From positions 1,749 through 65,748 of IMG/VR virus record IMGVR_UViG_3300045970_000924: a stretch of 64,000 nt of DNA, one strand, 5' to 3'. The notes beneath the pieces were generated by a model that was given only the letters and a program-made list of their open reading frames with translations, was not told where the DNA came from and did not search any database. Position 1 is the first letter of the stretch. Every line of letters begins with the position of its first letter. The translations under genes were made by a program, and so were the position numbers. Shown one piece after another: positions 38,898 through 48,736 of the stretch. The stretch is from a virus. Taxonomy: Duplodnaviria > Caudoviricetes.

Positions 38898-39845
38898 TCA
38901 CTTGCCGACCTCCCCGCTGCCTGCGCCCTGGTGCGCGGGGCCGGTGCCGTCGCAGATGAACGACAGGCGCGGGTTGCCGCACAGGTCGCGCTCGTGAACG
39001 GCCTCGACGTTGTCGCACTGGCCCGGCGCAGAGCAGGTGCCGGTGCAGTCGCCGTCGCACGCGCCCTGCGGCGGGGCCTCGGGGACATGAGCGGTGCAGT
39101 GCGGGCACGCCGTCCACCGCTGGCGACCGTGCGGGCAGGACATGGCATCCGGTGCCTGCTCCGTCCGCGCCGCTGCCTCGGGCATCCCTGCCGCCTCCAA
39201 CTCCACCGCGATCAGCGACTCGCGGGCGACCGTCCGCGCCGCTGCCTGCTGCGCCTTCACTTCGGCGCACGCCTCGTCGTACCAATCCGCTGCCTGCGCC
39301 GTCGCGGACGCTGCCTCGACCAGCCCCGTGCCGTTGCAGTCGGGGCACGGTCCCTGCTCCACATCGGAGCCGTTCATGTACTCGGGGCCGTAGCCGCTGC
39401 CGCCACAGTCGGGGCACTCCTTCTTGCCCGCCGGGATGCCCGTCGCGGGCGCTGCCGTGGGGGCGGGGCCGAGCGCGTGCGCGGTAACGTGGTACTCGCA
39501 CATGGAACACTCGCAGCGGTTGCCCTGAGGCGCTGCCGTGGGGGCGGGCTGGGCCGTCGGCGCACCACAGGACGAGCACGGGCCGATGCGACGGCAAGAC
39601 GGCAGGTGCCAAGTCACGCCCGCAATCTGGTCCTCCGGCTCCTTCAGCGCCGCGTCGGCGGCGTCGAGGGCGGTGCGGAGGTCCTGCTGCATGACCCGCG
39701 CGTGCGCCTGGATCGTCGGTGCCCAAAGATCCAGCGGCGCGCCCTGAAGCAGCGCCGTCGCGTTGGCGTCAACGCGGGCGAGCAGTTCCAGGGACTGGAC
39801 AGCCGCGTCCCGCATCAGGCGCAGGGCTTCCAGGGCGCTAGCCAC
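38898..39845 (-). CDS. Hypothetical protein with a DnaJ-type CxxCxGxG zinc finger
   Basis: CPDCGGSG...CPDCNGTG; the GTG start overlaps the end of the GY-repeat gene. Confidence 0.6.
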   Translation of the reverse strand: MASALEALRLMRDAAVQSLELLARVDANATALLQGAPLDLWAPTIQAHARVMQQDLRTALDAADAALKEPEDQIAGVTWHLPSCRRIGPCSSCGAPTAQPAPTAAPQGNRCECSMCEYHVTAHALGPAPTAAPATGIPAGKKECPDCGGSGYGPEYMNGSDVEQGPCPDCNGTGLVEAASATAQAADWYDEACAEVKAQQAAARTVARESLIAVELEAAGMPEAAARTEQAPDAMSCPHGRQRWTACPHCTAHVPEAPPQGACDGDCTGTCSAPGQCDNVEAVHERDLCGNPRLSFICDGTGPAHQGAGSGEVGK

Positions 39846-40191
39846 GGGGCACCCGTCCGCCGGAGCCGTCGCCGTAGCCGTCGCCGGAGCCGTCGCCGTA
39901 GCCGTAGCCGTAGCCGTAGCCGTAGCCGTCGCCGTAGCCGTCGCCGGAGCCGTAGCCGGAGCCGTCGCCGTAGCCGTAGCCGTAGCCGTAGCCGTAGCCG
40001 TAGCCGGAGCCGTCGCCGTAGCCGTAGCCGTAGCCGGAGCCGTAGCCGTAGCCGTAGCCGGAGCCGTCGCCGTAGCCGTAGCCGTAGCCGGAGCCGTCGC
40101 CGTCGCCGTAGCCGTAGCCGTAGCCGTAGCCGGAGCCGTCGCCGTAGCCAAATGCGGGCACGGCTCCGCGCAGCACCACTACTTGGCCCAC
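39838..40191 (-). CDS. Gly-Tyr/Asp/Ser repeat protein (GYGYGDGS)n
   Basis: GTG overlaps the end of the upstream gene; encoded by a GGC-TAC/GAC/TCC hexamer array. Confidence 0.65.
   Translation of the reverse strand: MGQVVVLRGAVPAFGYGDGSGYGYGYGYGDGDGSGYGYGYGDGSGYGYGYGSGYGYGYGDGSGYGYGYGYGYGYGDGSGYGSGDGYGDGYGYGYGYGYGDGSGDGYGDGSGGRVPRG
39862..40149. repeat. Degenerate hexamer tandem array (GCCGTA/GCCGTC/GCCGGA)
   Basis: About 290 bp of directly visible 6-bp periodicity. Confidence 0.95.
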
Positions 40192-40481
40192 GGGCTTGAC
40201 TCCCACGCCGCCACGGCCTCCGGCGAGCACTCAGCCACGCAGGTGATCCCGCGCAACTCGATCCCCGGCGCAGCCGGGCCGATCTTCGCGCCCGCCTTCG
40301 GGCCGTCGCTCGCCAGGCCGAGGAAGCCGCGGTTCTCGATGGGCCAGTAGAGGCAGTTGCGCGCCCGCCTCAGCCGGATCGTCGGGCCGTCCGTCTCCGT
40401 CGCGTAGCCGAAAAACACGCCCCGGTCCGTCGTCACCAGCACCGCCCGCTCCTTGACCGCTGCCATCTTCTTGCTTGCCAT
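40179..40481 (-). CDS. DUF6948-like small beta protein
   Basis: VLVTTDRGVFFG...LRRARNCLYW...LASDGP; AAGGAG RBS. Confidence 0.65.
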   Translation of the reverse strand: MASKKMAAVKERAVLVTTDRGVFFGYATETDGPTIRLRRARNCLYWPIENRGFLGLASDGPKAGAKIGPAAPGIELRGITCVAECSPEAVAAWESSPWAK

Positions 40482-40484
40482 GTG

Positions 40485-40874
40485 TTACTCCTTGTTGGGT
40501 GCTGCGTTGGGATCCTGCGCCGCGCTCGCGGCGTCCTTTGCGGCCCCGGCGAGTTGCCAGGACCGGACCTTGTTGGTGCTCCTCACTCCCTCGGCGGCGT
40601 TGCGCATCTCGCGCGCGGCGGCACGCAGCGCCTCCCGCAGCCTCCCCGCCTCCGCGCGCGCGGCCTCTAGATCCCGCCGCTGGCGCTCTGCCGCGGTCGC
40701 GATGCTGCGCAGGCTGCCCGCCTCCTCCCGCAGCGCCGCCACCTCCCGCGCGTGCGCGGCGTCCTGCCCCGCTGCGCGCGTCTCCGCGGCGGCGGCGCGG
40801 GCGTGGGCGGCGTCACGCTCGGCCACCAGCGCGGCCAGGGCGTCTAGGTCGAGCGGGGTTTGCGTCGTCGTCAT
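40485..40874 (-). CDS. Ala-rich coiled-coil hypothetical protein
   Basis: GAGG RBS; LDLDALAAL start. Confidence 0.55.
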   Translation of the reverse strand: MTTTQTPLDLDALAALVAERDAAHARAAAAETRAAGQDAAHAREVAALREEAGSLRSIATAAERQRRDLEAARAEAGRLREALRAAAREMRNAAEGVRSTNKVRSWQLAGAAKDAASAAQDPNAAPNKE

Positions 40875-41062
40875 CGCCTCTCCTCGAAGTCGAACCGCTC
40901 CCCTGCCTGCTCCATCACCGCTCGGTAGATCTCCTGCTGCACCAGCTGTGGGCTCGGGCGGGAGGTGTGCTTGCGCGCCCGGCGCCACCCTTGAGCGATC
41001 CCGATCTCCACCGCCTCGCTGAGCAGCTCGTAGACGCGAGGGCGCAGGCGGGCCTTAGCCAC
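40871..41062 (-). CDS. Small hypothetical protein
   Basis: YELLSEAVEIGIAQGWRRARKH motif; coupled to neighbouring genes. Confidence 0.55.
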   Translation of the reverse strand: MAKARLRPRVYELLSEAVEIGIAQGWRRARKHTSRPSPQLVQQEIYRAVMEQAGERFDFEERR

Positions 41063-41786
41063 GGGGCACCGCCTTGAACGACACCGCCCAGCACCAAGGG
41101 TTCGCGACCCAGCTGTCGGCGCCGTTGATGGCGCCCCAGACGAGCCGGAAGCAGTCGCGCGCCGCCCAGTCGCCGGAGTTGCGGGGCGCATCAGGGAAGC
41201 CCACTCGCGCGCAACCCTCCATGGACGCCGAGCCCCCGTGGAGCATCCCGGCCGCCAGCGCTGACGTCACTCCCTCGGCAGCTGCCTCCTCCTCGGTGAT
41301 CGCCTGCAGCCGCTCGGCGCGCACGGCCGTCACTTCCAGCGTGAGGCGCGAGGCCCATCGGGGCATATGAATCGAGGGGGACTGCCTCACCCCGTAGCCC
41401 TTTGCTGCCCGCACGGAATCGCCGTCCATCGTCGCCGAGTAGCCAACGATCCTCGGGCGGCCTTCGTAGTCGCGGGGCGAGTCGGCCGGTTCGTCGCCAA
41501 AGTCGGGCGGCGCGATCCAGCAGTTCTCCTTCACCCAGAGGCGATCGCCGGGCGCGCCGTAGGGGCACGCGATCTGGTACTCGCCCTGCTCCGGCTTCAG
41601 CTTCATCCACTCCGCGTCGGGCGTCTCCCAGCCCCAGCAGGACGGGTCGTTCCAGCTTGGGCTCTTGTCGCCGCCCGGCCCGACGTAGTCGATCGGCGCC
41701 TTCACCACCCGGCGGGTCTGCGTCTTCTGGCCAGCCAGGAGCGCGCGTACCATCGGCGCGCTGAAGAGGATCGGGCGCTCAGCCAC
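41055..41786 (-). CDS. ASCH/PUA-like phage protein
   Basis: ERPILFSAPMVRALLAGQKTQTRR, CPYG.PGDRLWVKE, PSIHMPRWASR, WVANPW. Confidence 0.8.
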   Translation of the reverse strand: MAERPILFSAPMVRALLAGQKTQTRRVVKAPIDYVGPGGDKSPSWNDPSCWGWETPDAEWMKLKPEQGEYQIACPYGAPGDRLWVKENCWIAPPDFGDEPADSPRDYEGRPRIVGYSATMDGDSVRAAKGYGVRQSPSIHMPRWASRLTLEVTAVRAERLQAITEEEAAAEGVTSALAAGMLHGGSASMEGCARVGFPDAPRNSGDWAARDCFRLVWGAINGADSWVANPWCWAVSFKAVPRG

Positions 41787-42621
41787 GGCTCACCTCGGGG
41801 AACTCGCGGATATGGAGGTCCGGTGCAAGCTCGTCGAGGATGCCGCCCTTCGTGTCGACAAGGTTGTTGGCCTTGGCGAATGCCGAGCCCGTCTGCTTGA
41901 AGAACGCGGGGACGCCGGCCGCCTTGCACTGAGCGAGGATCGAGCGCGCCCGTTCGATCTCCATCGGTCGCGCGCCTGGGCCGGACTCGCCACCCACGAT
42001 CACCCAGCCGATGTGCGGGCACCCCTTGGGGTGGCGGTCGCAGTCGCCGTCGCGGTTGTAGTCGCGGGGGCAGCGGAGGTGCTCGGCGAGGTCCACCGGC
42101 CCGAGGAGCGGCTCCACAGAGAGGAAGCGCACGGCCGCAGGCGTGCGCTTCAGGTGTTCGATGCGCTCGGTGCGCTGCTGGTCCTCGACGGTGGTTCCCG
42201 CCCAGACGTTGCTCGGCCAACCCGATGCCCAGATCGGTGGCGCCAGGCGCACCATGTTCTCGGGCCGCTTGGTGAGGATCTGCCAGTCGAGGTTCGGCGT
42301 CTTGGCGATGAGGTCCCAGAGCCGCTCGCGCTGCTCGTCCAGGTCGCGACGGTCCTCGAAGACGTCAGCCATCGACGAGCAGAAGACGCGGGCCCGCACG
42401 CCGGCGGCGGCCGCCGCGCGCTCCCACTTCAGGGGCTCGTTCCAGTGGGCGTCTCCGAAGAAGCGGCGCGGAGCGACCGGCCCCCAGTGCTTCTCGGGGC
42501 CGCCGCGGAACTTGTCCCAGGCCTCGGCGTAGCAGTTCGTGCAGCCCGGTGAGACGCGCTGGCACCCCCACCACGGATTGAACGTGTGGTCCGTCCAGGC
42601 GATCGCGGTCTCAGTGCCCAC
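41779..42621 (-). CDS. DUF5131 (phage Gp37/Gp68) radical-SAM-like protein
   Basis: IAWTDHTFNPWWGCQRVSPGCTNCYA, LTKRPE, WVIVGGESG. Confidence 0.9.
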   Translation of the reverse strand: MGTETAIAWTDHTFNPWWGCQRVSPGCTNCYAEAWDKFRGGPEKHWGPVAPRRFFGDAHWNEPLKWERAAAAAGVRARVFCSSMADVFEDRRDLDEQRERLWDLIAKTPNLDWQILTKRPENMVRLAPPIWASGWPSNVWAGTTVEDQQRTERIEHLKRTPAAVRFLSVEPLLGPVDLAEHLRCPRDYNRDGDCDRHPKGCPHIGWVIVGGESGPGARPMEIERARSILAQCKAAGVPAFFKQTGSAFAKANNLVDTKGGILDELAPDLHIREFPEVSRG

Positions 42622-42799
42622 GGCTGAACTCCTTGGCGGTAGCGTTGTGGTGAGCGAGCCGGACGGCCCGGCGGAGCGCCGGCGGGAGCGCGTTGATCTC
42701 GGGCTCGTGCTTGGCGAGCCAGTTGGCCCATTCGAACTCGTTGGCGAACCCGCCCTCGCAGCGGCGCAGCAGCTCGTCTGCCTTCTCTTGGACGGTCAC
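42611..42799 (-). CDS. Hypothetical protein
   Basis: Coupled small ORF. Confidence 0.45.
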   Translation of the reverse strand: MTVQEKADELLRRCEGGFANEFEWANWLAKHEPEINALPPALRRAVRLAHHNATAKEFSRGH

Positions 42800-43056
42800 G
42801 GCTCGACCGCCTTGCCGGGCCGGAGGAGAGAGCGCGCGCGATCGAGTCGGGCCTTCTCTTCTTCCTCGGTCTCGAGCTTCTCGATAACCACCGACACCGC
42901 CAGCTCCGGCACGAGGAACCACTCGGCGCCGTGCACCAACCACGGCCGCCCGTCGATGTGCACGATGTCGCCGCGGGGCGGAACGCTCGGGAGCATCCGC
43001 TCGAGCAACCGCTTTCGCTCCATGCCGTAGAACCGCACCAGCACCTCACCGGGCAT
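42796..43056 (-). CDS. Hypothetical protein
   Basis: Coupled ORF; VPPRGDIVHIDG motif. Confidence 0.55.
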   Translation of the reverse strand: MPGEVLVRFYGMERKRLLERMLPSVPPRGDIVHIDGRPWLVHGAEWFLVPELAVSVVIEKLETEEEEKARLDRARSLLRPGKAVEP

Positions 43057-45001
43057 CGGAGGCCCCCGCGCCCAGCGCCAGCTTGTTGCGGCGCGCCTCG
43101 GCCTTCGAGGCCTTCTCCGCCGCCTTCGTTCGCAGGTTCGTCGCCCGACGCTCGTCGTAGGAGATGGCCGCGTTGTGCTCTTCGCACCACAGGCCCGTGC
43201 CGTCCTTCACTCCGAGCTGGTTCTTGCCGGGCGAGCCCTTCTCTCCACAGCCAACCACCTGGCAAAGCCGGGGGCGCCGGGCGTAGGTCCGCGGGGCCTT
43301 GATGCTCCCCGAGGTGGGCAAGGGCTCCTGGGTCGCTGCCGCGGGCTCGTCCTCCTCGCCTTCGATCTCTGGGGCTGCGTCGTTCGCCAGCCCGAGCCGC
43401 TGCGCGATCGCCTCGCAGTCCCCGCCTGCAGGGGGCTCAGCCGGTGCGGCGGCGGGCACCGGAGCGTGCTTGGCGCACCACCTTCCCGCGTCGGGGTCGC
43501 AGTCGTAGCAGGCGAACGCCCCAAGCGACGGCAGCGGCTCCCCCTCCTTGAACGCTCCGGCCGGCGTCCCCTGCGCTTTCGACAGCTGCTCGCACTCGAA
43601 GCAGCACGGCTTGCCGTCCACCTTCCGTTTGGTCGGCTTCTCCCCGCAGGCCGTGCAGAGCTCGAGCCCGAGCGCCAGAGCCCGAGTGCACTTCTCGCAG
43701 CGCGCCACCGGCGAAGTCTCGGGCGCCTTCCACACCTGCCCGCCCACCGAGAAGCCGAACCCGCAGAGCGACGACCCGATGACGCCGTCGGGGAAGCAGT
43801 GCGCCTCCGGGTTCGCCATCGGGTTGTAGAGCCAGTCCGGCGAGTGAACGACAGGCGCTGACTGCGGCTCCAGCGCGCCCACCTGGTCCACGGCATCGGG
43901 CCTCAGCTGCTCCTGCGTGGGCAGGCCCTCTCCGTGGTCGACCGGCGACGATCCGAGGTCTCCACTGCTCGCCTCGCCCGGCCGGGTGTCGCCTTCGGCC
44001 GCACTTCCGCCCTTGGGGGCAACGTCGAAGAACTCGGACAGCTCCTTGACCAGCACGTCCGCGAACGCGGCCTGCGCGTTGCCGACTGCTCCGACCTCCG
44101 CCGCCAGGGTCTCGGGAACTCCGGTCGGCGGGGTCGGCTCACCAGTCCCCGGGGCAGCATCGCCGGGGCCGTCCAAGGATTGCACCGCGCTGGTGTCCGC
44201 GGGCTTCTCCTGCTTCACGGCGAGGCTCGCCTTGAGCGCCGCCATCAGGTCGGTCACGGGCTCCGCGGGCTTCTCCTCCGCGGGCCAGTCCTCGCTCGAG
44301 CCCGGCGCAGGTACCTCCCCGGGCGGCTTGAGGCGGTCGAGCGCTGCGGCCTTCACCACCGGCCGCCCGTACTCCGCCTCCATCTCCACCAGCTTCACGC
44401 ACGAGGTGCCGCCCACCATGAACGGCGCGCCTTCGATCTTGCCCGTGAAGCCGCGCGGTCCCTTGTGCGGTTGGTAGATGGCCAGCGCGCCCGGTTGGGG
44501 CCACGCCGTCGTATTGGAGACAAGCCCCACCACCGCCACCGAGGAGGGAGTGGCCTCGATGTGCGGGGTGGGCTCAACCACGGCGGGTGTCGGGGCCGCC
44601 GCGGTCGTTTCGGTGGAAGGCCCGATGGGGACAGCCTTGACCTCGGCCTCCCGCGTCGGCTCGGCCGGTGCACCAGCCTCCTCGACGTGCCCGGGTTCAG
44701 TCCCGGCGCCCACGGATGAAGTCTCGGAGTGGTGCGCGTTCGCCCCGATGTCCGTCATCGTCGTGTTCACGATCTCGCGCATCAGCGGGAGCAGGGCCCG
44801 CGCCAGGCGCTCCTCGTCGAAGCCGGGTGCGGTGACGCACATCCCCCAGCGGATCGCGCCGGGCTCCTGCTCGCACCGAACCTCGAGCCGCAGCGCCGTC
44901 ACATTGTCATCGGCGGCGAGGTAGCGAACCAGCTCGCGCAGGCGGTCCACCTCGGCGGCGCTGTCGTGGTCCATCGGGGTCGCCTCGGCTGCGGGGTTCA
45001 T
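43046..45001 (-). CDS. Large acidic Pro-rich mosaic protein with several small Cys/His clusters
   Basis: GGAGG RBS; disordered linkers; CxxC clusters; VTDLMAALKASL motif. Confidence 0.65.
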   Translation of the reverse strand: MNPAAEATPMDHDSAAEVDRLRELVRYLAADDNVTALRLEVRCEQEPGAIRWGMCVTAPGFDEERLARALLPLMREIVNTTMTDIGANAHHSETSSVGAGTEPGHVEEAGAPAEPTREAEVKAVPIGPSTETTAAAPTPAVVEPTPHIEATPSSVAVVGLVSNTTAWPQPGALAIYQPHKGPRGFTGKIEGAPFMVGGTSCVKLVEMEAEYGRPVVKAAALDRLKPPGEVPAPGSSEDWPAEEKPAEPVTDLMAALKASLAVKQEKPADTSAVQSLDGPGDAAPGTGEPTPPTGVPETLAAEVGAVGNAQAAFADVLVKELSEFFDVAPKGGSAAEGDTRPGEASSGDLGSSPVDHGEGLPTQEQLRPDAVDQVGALEPQSAPVVHSPDWLYNPMANPEAHCFPDGVIGSSLCGFGFSVGGQVWKAPETSPVARCEKCTRALALGLELCTACGEKPTKRKVDGKPCCFECEQLSKAQGTPAGAFKEGEPLPSLGAFACYDCDPDAGRWCAKHAPVPAAAPAEPPAGGDCEAIAQRLGLANDAAPEIEGEEDEPAAATQEPLPTSGSIKAPRTYARRPRLCQVVGCGEKGSPGKNQLGVKDGTGLWCEEHNAAISYDERRATNLRTKAAEKASKAEARRNKLALGAGASDAR

Positions 45002-45603
45002 GCTTCCTCCGGCCAGAGCGTCTTGAACTCGGTCTTGAAGAGCAGCTCCGCATCCACCCAGAACAGCGGCGCGACGTTGATGTGCCCGCAGCGGGCGCCG
45101 GTGAGGTTCCACGCCATCGGCCGCTCGCGAGGCGGGAAGAAGAAGCCCGCCTCCGTCGCCAGCAGGTCGTTGTCGGCGCGCTTCACCACCGCGGGCTCGA
45201 ATCCCTTGAGCTGGAACCGGGTGGCGATCACCTCCATCACCAGCTTCTCAGCGTCGCGGTAGGCGGCCATCTGCGGCGCGATCTTCAGCGGCCGCACCAT
45301 GTCGCCCACGTAGGCTTCAGCGGCGTCGTGCAGGAGCGCCCATCGCTCGATGTTCAGCCGCTCGTCGGGAGGCAGCGGCAGGTCTTCCGCCAGGATCTCG
45401 CGGACCCGCTTCAGCACCAGCGCCGAGTGCTGCGCCACCGAGTACGGCGCCGGCGTGTGGCCCCCGTAGCGGTTCACCAGCGCGAGCGAGTGCGCGATGT
45501 CGTGGAGCCGCACCTCCTCCACGCGGGGCTTGAGCGGAAAGAAGGCCACGCCGCTCGCCGTCTGCTGCCAGTCTGCGCGGCCGTTGTTCGCTGCTTCCGC
45601 CAT
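44998..45603 (-). CDS. HD-domain phosphohydrolase (YfbR-like)
   Basis: DIAHSLA..NRYGGH, YSVAQHS, LLHDAAEAYVGD. Confidence 0.85.
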   Translation of the reverse strand: MAEAANNGRADWQQTASGVAFFPLKPRVEEVRLHDIAHSLALVNRYGGHTPAPYSVAQHSALVLKRVREILAEDLPLPPDERLNIERWALLHDAAEAYVGDMVRPLKIAPQMAAYRDAEKLVMEVIATRFQLKGFEPAVVKRADNDLLATEAGFFFPPRERPMAWNLTGARCGHINVAPLFWVDAELLFKTEFKTLWPEEA

Positions 45604-45683
45604 GGTGCTGCTCCTCTCAGGTGTTCAGGCGGGGCCGGGCGTGATGCCCAGCCCTCCGGGTGCTGCGGAACTGCGGGGCTGGG

Positions 45684-45869
45684 CTACGCGGGCTCGAGGG
45701 CGGCCACGCCGATGACGGCGCCGGACAGCGAGGCGGTGCCGTTCTCGCTGTGCTCGTTGAACCACGCGATCTCGACGTTGCCGTCCGCCAGCTCGCGCAC
45801 GACCGTGACGTCCGGCCCGCCGCTCTTCAGCTTCACGACGTCGCCGGCCTTGATCTTCTCTTCGTCCAT
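45684..45869 (-). CDS. DUF2158/YodC-like small protein
   Basis: GDVVKLKSGGPDVTV...WF. Confidence 0.75.
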   Translation of the reverse strand: MDEEKIKAGDVVKLKSGGPDVTVVRELADGNVEIAWFNEHSENGTASLSGAVIGVAALEPA

Positions 45870-45965
45870 TGCTTGCTCCTGGTGCTGCGGGTTATCGAAT
45901 CGGTAATGGGTATGAAGCGGGGAGGAAAGGGTCGCCGGGGTTCGACGCTGGGGAAGTGGCAGCGC

Positions 45966-47003
45966 CTAGAAGTGGATTTCCGCGTCCTTCACCGCGATGG
46001 CGATCGCCTGTTCCATCTGCTTGAGGTCGGCCTCGGTCAGGTCGCTGCTCTTCGCCTTGCCGGTGGTGGCCTTGACCAGCGCCACGAGGTGCTCGTCCTT
46101 CTCGCCGCGCTCGTACTCGTAGTCCGCGGCGATCGCCTGGATGCGCGCCCAGATCGACGGGCCACCCGCGGCCGGCGCCGAGACGCCTGCGCCCTTGTTC
46201 GCCCGGCGCGCCAACTCCGCGTCGATGGCCGCCACGCCCTTCTCGTTGCTCGCCTTGAACTTCGCCTTCGCCGGGTCCGCGAGGCTCTCGGTGAAGCACT
46301 TGCGGTACCAAGCCAGGTCGCTCTCGCCGACCGTCTCGGGAGACGCGCCCTTGTTCTTCCCGAAGGCGAAGGTGAAGCCGCTGGACGCCGACCCGCCGCC
46401 CTTCGCCCCGGCCTTGTATTCGACCTTCGTGGCGCCGTCGGGCGTGATGTTGAACTGCGAGAGGAACGCCCACGAGAGCCCGCGCAGACCCAGCAGTGAG
46501 GTGACGCCGTTCACCTTGCAGTTGGAGTAGGCGGCCTTGAGGATGTTGCCCGAGTCGATCTCGTAGAGCTCCCGGCCCGCGTTCGTCTCGGTCCCGAGGA
46601 ACACATCGCGCGAGCTGCAGGTGCCCATTCCCTCCACCGAGTCGAGCCCACCCGGCAGCGAGAACGTCGCCTCCACGATCCAGTCGTAGAAGCTCCCCTT
46701 CTCGTCGTGCCCCTCGATGCGCTGGCGCCGCGTGTTCGTGATCGAGACCCCGCAGCGCCGGGCCACGCTCTCCGACCCAGCCGCGCCCAGGTAGGGCTTG
46801 CCGTTCTGGTCGAACCAGTGCTCCGGCCGCGTGGCCGAGATCGCGTAGCGAATGACGTTCTCGAACGCCTTGTTCCGCTGCTCGATGATGACCAGCGGGT
46901 CGACGCCGCGCACCCGAGGCGTGTCGTTCGGCGCCACCAGCGGCGCAGAGCCCACCACCTCGCCCTCGATGATCACACCGCTCGTCTGCTTTGCCGTGCT
47001 CAT
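45966..47003 (-). CDS. Putative ssDNA-annealing/recombination protein
   Basis: Directly downstream of the exonuclease; KPYL..AG.E, G.GTCSSRD, N.LKAA motifs. Confidence 0.5.
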   Translation of the reverse strand: MSTAKQTSGVIIEGEVVGSAPLVAPNDTPRVRGVDPLVIIEQRNKAFENVIRYAISATRPEHWFDQNGKPYLGAAGSESVARRCGVSITNTRRQRIEGHDEKGSFYDWIVEATFSLPGGLDSVEGMGTCSSRDVFLGTETNAGRELYEIDSGNILKAAYSNCKVNGVTSLLGLRGLSWAFLSQFNITPDGATKVEYKAGAKGGGSASSGFTFAFGKNKGASPETVGESDLAWYRKCFTESLADPAKAKFKASNEKGVAAIDAELARRANKGAGVSAPAAGGPSIWARIQAIAADYEYERGEKDEHLVALVKATTGKAKSSDLTEADLKQMEQAIAIAVKDAEIHF

Positions 47004-47026
47004 TGTCTCTCTCCCTCTGTGTTTGG

Positions 47027-47989
47027 CTATTGCCCGATACGGCGGATAGACCGCCGCCAATAGCTGCCCGGCTTCACTTCGTAGCCGCGCCGTTGAACTT
47101 CCTTGCTCGTGATCACGTAGTCGCCCAGCAGCACTTCCTCGGCCCGCGGAAGCGCGTCCTTCAGCTCCTCGTCGAGCGCCTTGAACTCCTTCGCGGCCTC
47201 GGCCAACTCCTCGCGGCGCTCGAGCATCACCAGCAGCTCAGCGTCATCGACCACCTGCACGCCAGGCCCGAACGAGACGTCCGGCAGGCAGACGGTCGCG
47301 AACTGGCACCGGCCGCAGTCCTTGCTCTGCGTCCGCGAGGGCGGCTCGTCGTTCAGCACCGCGAGTTGCACGCGGTCCGCCTTGGCGAGCAGCTCCGCGA
47401 TCCGCGCGTCGTCGCGGGGCACCGCGATGATCGTGGGCCACCCGCTCGCCTTGCTGAAGAGCACGAAGAGGTGGATCTCTTCGTCCGCCAGGAAGAGGTA
47501 CGTGAGCGCCTGATCGACGTAGCGGCGGATGTGAGCGGCCTGATGGTGCCGCATATCGTCCAGCGTCTTGATCCGCTCGCCAACCAAACCAAGACCTTTC
47601 ACCTCACAAGAGACCGCCCGCGGCCATCCCGGCATCCGCACGCGCACGTCGGTGTGCCCACTGATCTGGTGCGCGCGATCCACGTAGTCGCGGCCGCGCT
47701 GCACGATCTCGCAGCCCATGTCCTCGAGCCGGCGGACGACGATCCGCTCCATGTCCTTGCCCAACTCGAAGATCGCCTGAAGCTCCGGCTGGTGCGCCAC
47801 ACGCTCCTCGGCCGGCACCGTCCGCTCGTAGAAGAGAGCGCGCTCGCAGTCGTTGCCGATCGAGCTGGCGCGCGTGTTCGCGCTCGGGCCGTTCTTCTTC
47901 ACCAGCGACTGCATGTAGCGCTGGTACGCGCGCGCCAGGTCGCTCGCGGGGTCGAACGCGGGAGCCTCCATCACGCTGGCCTCGCTCAT
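47027..47989 (-). CDS. Cas4/RecB-like PD-(D/E)xK exonuclease
   Basis: RASSIGNDCER, GHTD...EVK, Q...Y, C-terminal CGRCQFATVC. Confidence 0.8.
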   Translation of the reverse strand: MSEASVMEAPAFDPASDLARAYQRYMQSLVKKNGPSANTRASSIGNDCERALFYERTVPAEERVAHQPELQAIFELGKDMERIVVRRLEDMGCEIVQRGRDYVDRAHQISGHTDVRVRMPGWPRAVSCEVKGLGLVGERIKTLDDMRHHQAAHIRRYVDQALTYLFLADEEIHLFVLFSKASGWPTIIAVPRDDARIAELLAKADRVQLAVLNDEPPSRTQSKDCGRCQFATVCLPDVSFGPGVQVVDDAELLVMLERREELAEAAKEFKALDEELKDALPRAEEVLLGDYVITSKEVQRRGYEVKPGSYWRRSIRRIGQ

Positions 47990-48606
47990 AGCGAGATCCC
48001 GGTGAGGCGAGTGCGCGCGTACTCGCGGTCGCGGTTGCAGGTAGAGCAATAGCGGCCGCGTGCCTTGCCGTACACGAAGTGACGACTGTCGAGGAGGTGT
48101 CCGCGCCGACAGTGGGTCTTTTTGGCGTTCAGCGCAGGGGGCGAGAATCCACGGAACCAATTCACTTTCTGCGTCACCGCCTCGAGGTGCTGCGGGTTGA
48201 TGCAGGAGCGAACCCTGCACAAATGGTCGATCTGGAGACCGCTCGGGATTGGCCCTTTCGCCAATTCAAAGGCGACCCGGTGCGCGTACCGAACACGCCC
48301 GCCGACAGCGACCGTCCCGTATCCGTTGGGGGCGAGGTGCTTCAACCAGAGCGTGCAGCCCGTGTTGGGCTCCGGGATCGAGAAGAGTTCCATCTTGGCG
48401 GCCAACTTCGCCGTGTCGATGACCCCCTTGGGGTGGGCGCTGCATCCGCAGGACAACACGCTGTTCGGCTTGAACTTGGAGGCGTAGAGGTCCCGCTCGG
48501 TCCCGCACGCGCAGCGGCAGCGCAGCAGGCGGCCCTTCATGCCGATGACGGTGAGCTGCCCGTTGACCGCCCCGATCGCGATGGTGCTCTTCACGGCCGC
48601 ACCCAT
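47986..48606 (-). CDS. HNH homing endonuclease
   Basis: CRCACG, PEPNTGCTLW, AHRVAFE, IDHLCRVRSCINPQHLEAVT, KTHCRRGH. Confidence 0.88.
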   Translation of the reverse strand: MGAAVKSTIAIGAVNGQLTVIGMKGRLLRCRCACGTERDLYASKFKPNSVLSCGCSAHPKGVIDTAKLAAKMELFSIPEPNTGCTLWLKHLAPNGYGTVAVGGRVRYAHRVAFELAKGPIPSGLQIDHLCRVRSCINPQHLEAVTQKVNWFRGFSPPALNAKKTHCRRGHLLDSRHFVYGKARGRYCSTCNRDREYARTRLTGISL

Positions 48607-48736
48607 GCGCCGATCTTGCCGCCTGCGAGCACCCGGAACCCATGGCGCAGCACCACCGCCAGCGAGCACCATCGGCAGGTGTAGCGAGTACCCTGCGCGA
48701 CCGGGGCCGCGACCATCTCGTGCGCGTGGGCGGGGC

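Noticed and set aside
39862-40149. CRISPR array, or real ATATAP/RSRS/AVAV proteins from other frames
   Set aside because: Pure hexamer periodicity with no spacers; the alternative frames are open only because the repeat contains no stops.
47027-47989. CRISPR adaptation cas4
   Set aside because: No cas1/cas2 or array; its context next to a putative annealing protein fits a phage recombination exonuclease.
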